64,000 nucleotides of DNA from Eledone cirrhosa (taxonomy: Eukaryota): the NCBI GenBank assembly GCA_964016885.1, contig OZ024750.1, forward strand, positions 2,666,001 through 2,730,000. Direction: 5' to 3'. This document shows, one piece after another, positions 59,758 to 64,000 of this stretch. Positions within the stretch are counted from its first letter, which is position 1, and the number at the start of each line of letters is the position of its first letter. The notes under the pieces were generated by a model that saw nothing but the letters and a program-made list of their open reading frames with translations, searched no databases and had not been told where the DNA came from. A program made the translations under genes and the position numbers.

Positions 59758-61069
59758 TATTACTATTAATTGTTTTTTAAATGTCTCCCTCTTTTTTTTT
59801 TATTTTCATATACTGAAATGTTTTCATGGGGACTGGTGGAACTTAAGTCTAAACAGCTATGGCGGTCACCTTCCCCGATAAAATCCCATAATGCATCAGT
59901 AAATCTAGAATACGAAGTGAGATTGCCAAGAGAACAAGGGCTGCTTTTGATTATTCCTCTTTGATACTAAAATTCCTTTTTTATCTCGTGGAATGCTTAC
60001 GAAAACCGTTCCACTTCTTCTTTGAATGACTTTTCAAAAAAGGGTTTTATAGAATGGAACAAAACGAACTAAATCCTTTAGATTAAAAACGTATGAAAGT
60101 GTAGTTATTAGATTAATAGTCAGAACCCCTAAGATACTATGCATCATAAATGTCTACACTACTTGACCTACTAAATGTTTGAAATTATATATAACTATTT
60201 TACATAGTCTTCCAGATTGGCAAAGACTTTTCAAAATTGGACATTTGCATCTTGGATTTAGAGTGTTTTACCAGCTCCAATCGTTGGTAATTGTTTTTCA
60301 TTGTTACATGGAGACAAGTTGAGTAATATAAATTATTGTAGTATGCTAAAGTAATCAGAAATAGACCCCCTCCCCCATTGTGATATGTTATGATGTATAC
60401 TTCTGCATGGAAAATTTAGTTTAGTTGTGTCTTGTGTATGCATGTTTATGACTATAGTAGAAAACAGCATGGACCAGTCGATAAAAGGTTGTTATCCCAC
60501 CCATCCATCTTATTCATCGACTCTGCCTCTCCAATGTGCAGAACCCAAGATGTATGCCAGCTCATTGTCCCAGCAGACAATAGAGAAAGTATTACCCCAG
60601 AGAATAGCAAAGAAGAGGTATTGAAAAAAACCCATTCCAACTCATGGAACTTATTCCTGCAGGTGGCCAACTCATTTCCAATAACTATGAGTAGGAAGGA
60701 GGTTTGGGGACCCACGAGTCTTCATTGCTGTTCGTTCAATGGTAAACTTATCAGAAAGCAGCCTTTACTTTAAACAGCTTTTGACCTTCAGCTTGGCAGG
60801 CAACAAAATATGGGACTGTCACAGAATTCACCAGGTTGCTAGGTTACCACCATGGTGCAGGAAGACTGATGCCATGAGGATTTTTTCCGTCTCTTTGGTA
60901 AAATCCTACTTATTCGAGCTGCTATGGAAAGACAGCAGTGTCTAAACCAATCATGGACAAACTGCAGTCTATTCGGTTTTCTGAATGGCACACCTAATTT
61001 CTAAATTGCCTTGATATATTTTAGTAGCGTGGCCCACCTTATAATGAGCCACATTCTATGCTGTCCACT

Positions 61070-61240
61070 GCCTGGTCTAAACCATGCTTAGTGATTTCAT
61101 TGAGAGCAGCATGGCATGCAGTGTCATTTGTGTTGCTTGCAGATCCAGAGGCAAGCCAACATGCCCGCAACATTATCGAGGGTGACAGTGAGGTTAAGGT
61201 GCTGAAACAACCAGGCACCCTCACAGGGTAAAGCAAGCCG
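61070..61240 (-). mobile_element. Scrambled CRE-like retrotransposon fragments
   Basis: EGAWLFQHLNLTV and CHAALNEITKHGLDQA motifs on the minus strand. Confidence 0.5.
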
Positions 61241-63149
61241 CCAACAATGACAAGAACTTCGCTGTCAGTAGCCCAGCTGATTTAACTGAATATTAAACCT
61301 GGAACAATACTGTTACAATGTTTAAATTGGTACTAAATATTTGTGTTAAATTAATTCCAATTAAAATTGTGTTCCTTGATAGTTGATACATACTATGGTT
61401 CTTAAAATGTAGAAGTCTAAAGACTGTCTGGAGCCTGGGGGCTCCTCAGGCTGGTGCCTAGTTTCCATGGTGAGAAATGACTGAGAGTACAAGACTCTTC
61501 TCTGGTTCCAGCTATTGCTGATATCCATTTTCAGCTGAGTATACTGGGGCAACGTGAAATGAAGTGTTTTGCTCAAAGACAACACAGTCCAGGAATTGAA
61601 CCCAGGACATTATTATCCTAAGTCCAACCCTAACAATATGCCACATGTGTTTGTATATTTGTATATATCTCCATCTGTAACTCTTTTAAAATTTACACAC
61701 ATGAACATACCCACAATGTATTTCCTGTATCAGTCATGTTGCTGCAGTAAGAAGTTTGTTAACCACTCAGCTACACACGTTAAAATGATGGATTGTAATG
61801 TTGGTTCTCATGTAGTCAGTTGCCTTCTGCTGCCCTAAAGAAACAAGTTATAATCTTAACGTGTATTTACAAATATAGTCATATCTATATGTGTACGTAT
61901 TTGGCTTGTATAAAACTTTTCATAAAATAGCCAGAAGGATTGAAATGTGAAGAATTTAAAATCATTTTCCCATCCAATTTTTTATGCTGGCATGGGTTGG
62001 ATGGAATGTATTAAGACAATGTTTTACAGCTAAATACACTTCCTGATGCCAAACCTTTTAGACACCTTTTACAGCAGGGATACAGTGTGTTTATTAAAAA
62101 ACAAACAAGATACACTTGTTTATAATAATAATAATAATGAAATTATTGTGTACAGTGCTCAGGTGCATATAGAATAATGTACAAATGTCAGGAAAATGAA
62201 CAGTCATGATATACATGTAGAATAGTACTAAATTAATTATTTTATCATATAATAAAGCAGTAAAGGTATTTGGCTGTCCAAATACGTTTAAAAGTTTTGC
62301 TAGTACTGAAGAAATAACAAGTGGAAGAGGAATTGGTGGCTGTATTGATTAAAATAATTGTTTTTGAAAATTGATTCAAAATAAATTCTCTGGAATATAA
62401 AACTTGTCCTTTAGTTGTGATAAATTCTACTGTTGACAGTTGCTACAACCTTATTCTATATATCCTACTAAACAAAGTAATTAATACTTACCAATTATTA
62501 AGTTTCTCTGTATATTTTTTTATATTTTTAATAATTCATCTTCAGAAAGAAAGGGGAAGTAATTACATAAAATTATTCCTATATTAACTCCCTTGTATTG
62601 AAAGAAAAACTTTAAACGAAATAACAAGCTACCCGATGCTGGTGCATATGTTGCCAGCCAATTTGTCAGGGGCCCAGCTCCCGTAAACTTCTCTAACGCT
62701 ACAGGCTGGAAAAAATAGTTTTCGTTCTATAGTTTAACATATTACAATGTGAATAAAATAGGCTTTAAGAACTATGAGTACGCTAAGGAGAATTACTACA
62801 GTTTTGTGTTCTCATAAATTTCTTAATAATGAATATTTTAAAATGAAGTTTTATGGAGGTGCGTTTTCAAAAGTGTGATTACGATTGTATCGATGAAATT
62901 GAAAAAAAAAAAGTAAGTTTTAATTACTTGGAAATGAACGGTTATGACTGACCACGGGAAGTTCTTCTCTAAGGCACACACTTGTGCAAAGATGTCTTGG
63001 GAAAAATCATCAGTCACTCAAGCATACCAATCTTCCCCCTCAACGCCACCAATATTGTCCAAGGTAAAAGCTGTACAGCTCGGCACCAGTGTCACTGCAG
63101 GCGAACGACTGTCTCGAGTCCGGAGGTTTATTAAGTCTGTGCTTATCTC

Positions 63150-63260
63150 CATTTCCGGGTGATGGCAAGGCTGATGCGCTGGAACAACCAAGCGCCCTCA
63201 CGAGCACCACCAGTTACCTCAGTTAGGCGAGCAGCCAGTGAAGATGAAGACCTCGCACGT
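63150..63260 (-). mobile_element. CRE-like retrotransposon 3' fragment
   Basis: SSLAARLTEVTGGAREGAWLFQRISLAITR, typical CRE C-terminus. Confidence 0.6.
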
Positions 63261-63764
63261 ATTTTTAATTCTTATATATATATATATATATATATACAGT
63301 ATTAATATATAAGGAACAAAGAATCAGTGTTGGATCATATACATATTTATTACATATCACATGTTTCACTGTCGATCAGCTCGAGGAACGATCTATTAAT
63401 GATTATATCTGACTCTGGAATCGGAAGCTCCTCAGATAAGTAGGCTCGCGTCTGACACACACACTTTATATATATATATAATGATCAACTTTCGTCAAAT
63501 TGGACCGAGGAAACAATGTTTCCATTGGTCTTTCCAATTGCTAATACTATCTGTCGGTCGCAACTCCAGGTAGAAGCAGCAACGTGAAATAAAGTGTCTT
63601 GCTCAAGGACATAACGCATCGCCTGATCCACGAATTGAACTCACAACCTCACGATTGCGAACCCAATTCTCTAACCACTCATCCACACGCCTTATATATA
63701 TATAAATACACACACACACAAAATCAAACAGCTTTTCAATTTTTGCACTTAAGAGCTACAATGC

Positions 63765-64000
63765 CGCACTATGGCACAGCGGAGCTAGGGTGACTCATTA
63801 TGGCACAGCGGAGCTAGGGTGACTCATTATGGCACAGCGGAGCTAGGGTGGTACACTATGGTACAGCGGAGCTAGGGTGGCACACTTCTGTAGAGTGGAG
63901 CTAGGGTGGCACACTATGGTACAGTGGAGCTAGGGTGGTACACTATGGTACAGTGGAGCTAGGGTGGTACACTATGGTAGAGTGGAGCTAGGGTGGCACA
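63765..64000. repeat. 29-bp minisatellite (cactatggtacagtggagctagggtggta), runs off the window end
   Basis: About 8 tandem copies. Confidence 0.9.

Overview
AT-rich animal genomic DNA. The very long (TA)n/(TACA)n tracts and the SINE/LINE repertoire suggest an octopus or related cephalopod (inference). Contents in order: (1) the last exon of a + strand gene (472-845); (2) the first six coding exons of ARP5/ACTR5 on the - strand (12285 to 2640), whose first intron holds a decayed RTE LINE and a ~1.4 kb palindrome of a 63-bp RTE-derived tandem array; (3) a ~21.5 kb microsatellite desert (18.5-40.1 kb) with retroelement islands, several carrying Penelope-type minimal hammerhead ribozyme motifs; (4) a - strand BTB/POZ locus. 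The BTB locus is the most striking feature. Two different transposon-related N-terminal modules, a THAP zinc finger plus linker and a 520-codon Crypton/DUF3504 tyrosine-recombinase-like exon lacking the catalytic Tyr, each have their own ATG. Each ends in a phase-2 GTAAG donor compatible with the same phase-2 acceptor of a shared two-exon BTB C-terminus. All splice models are read from sequence only and lack transcript support.
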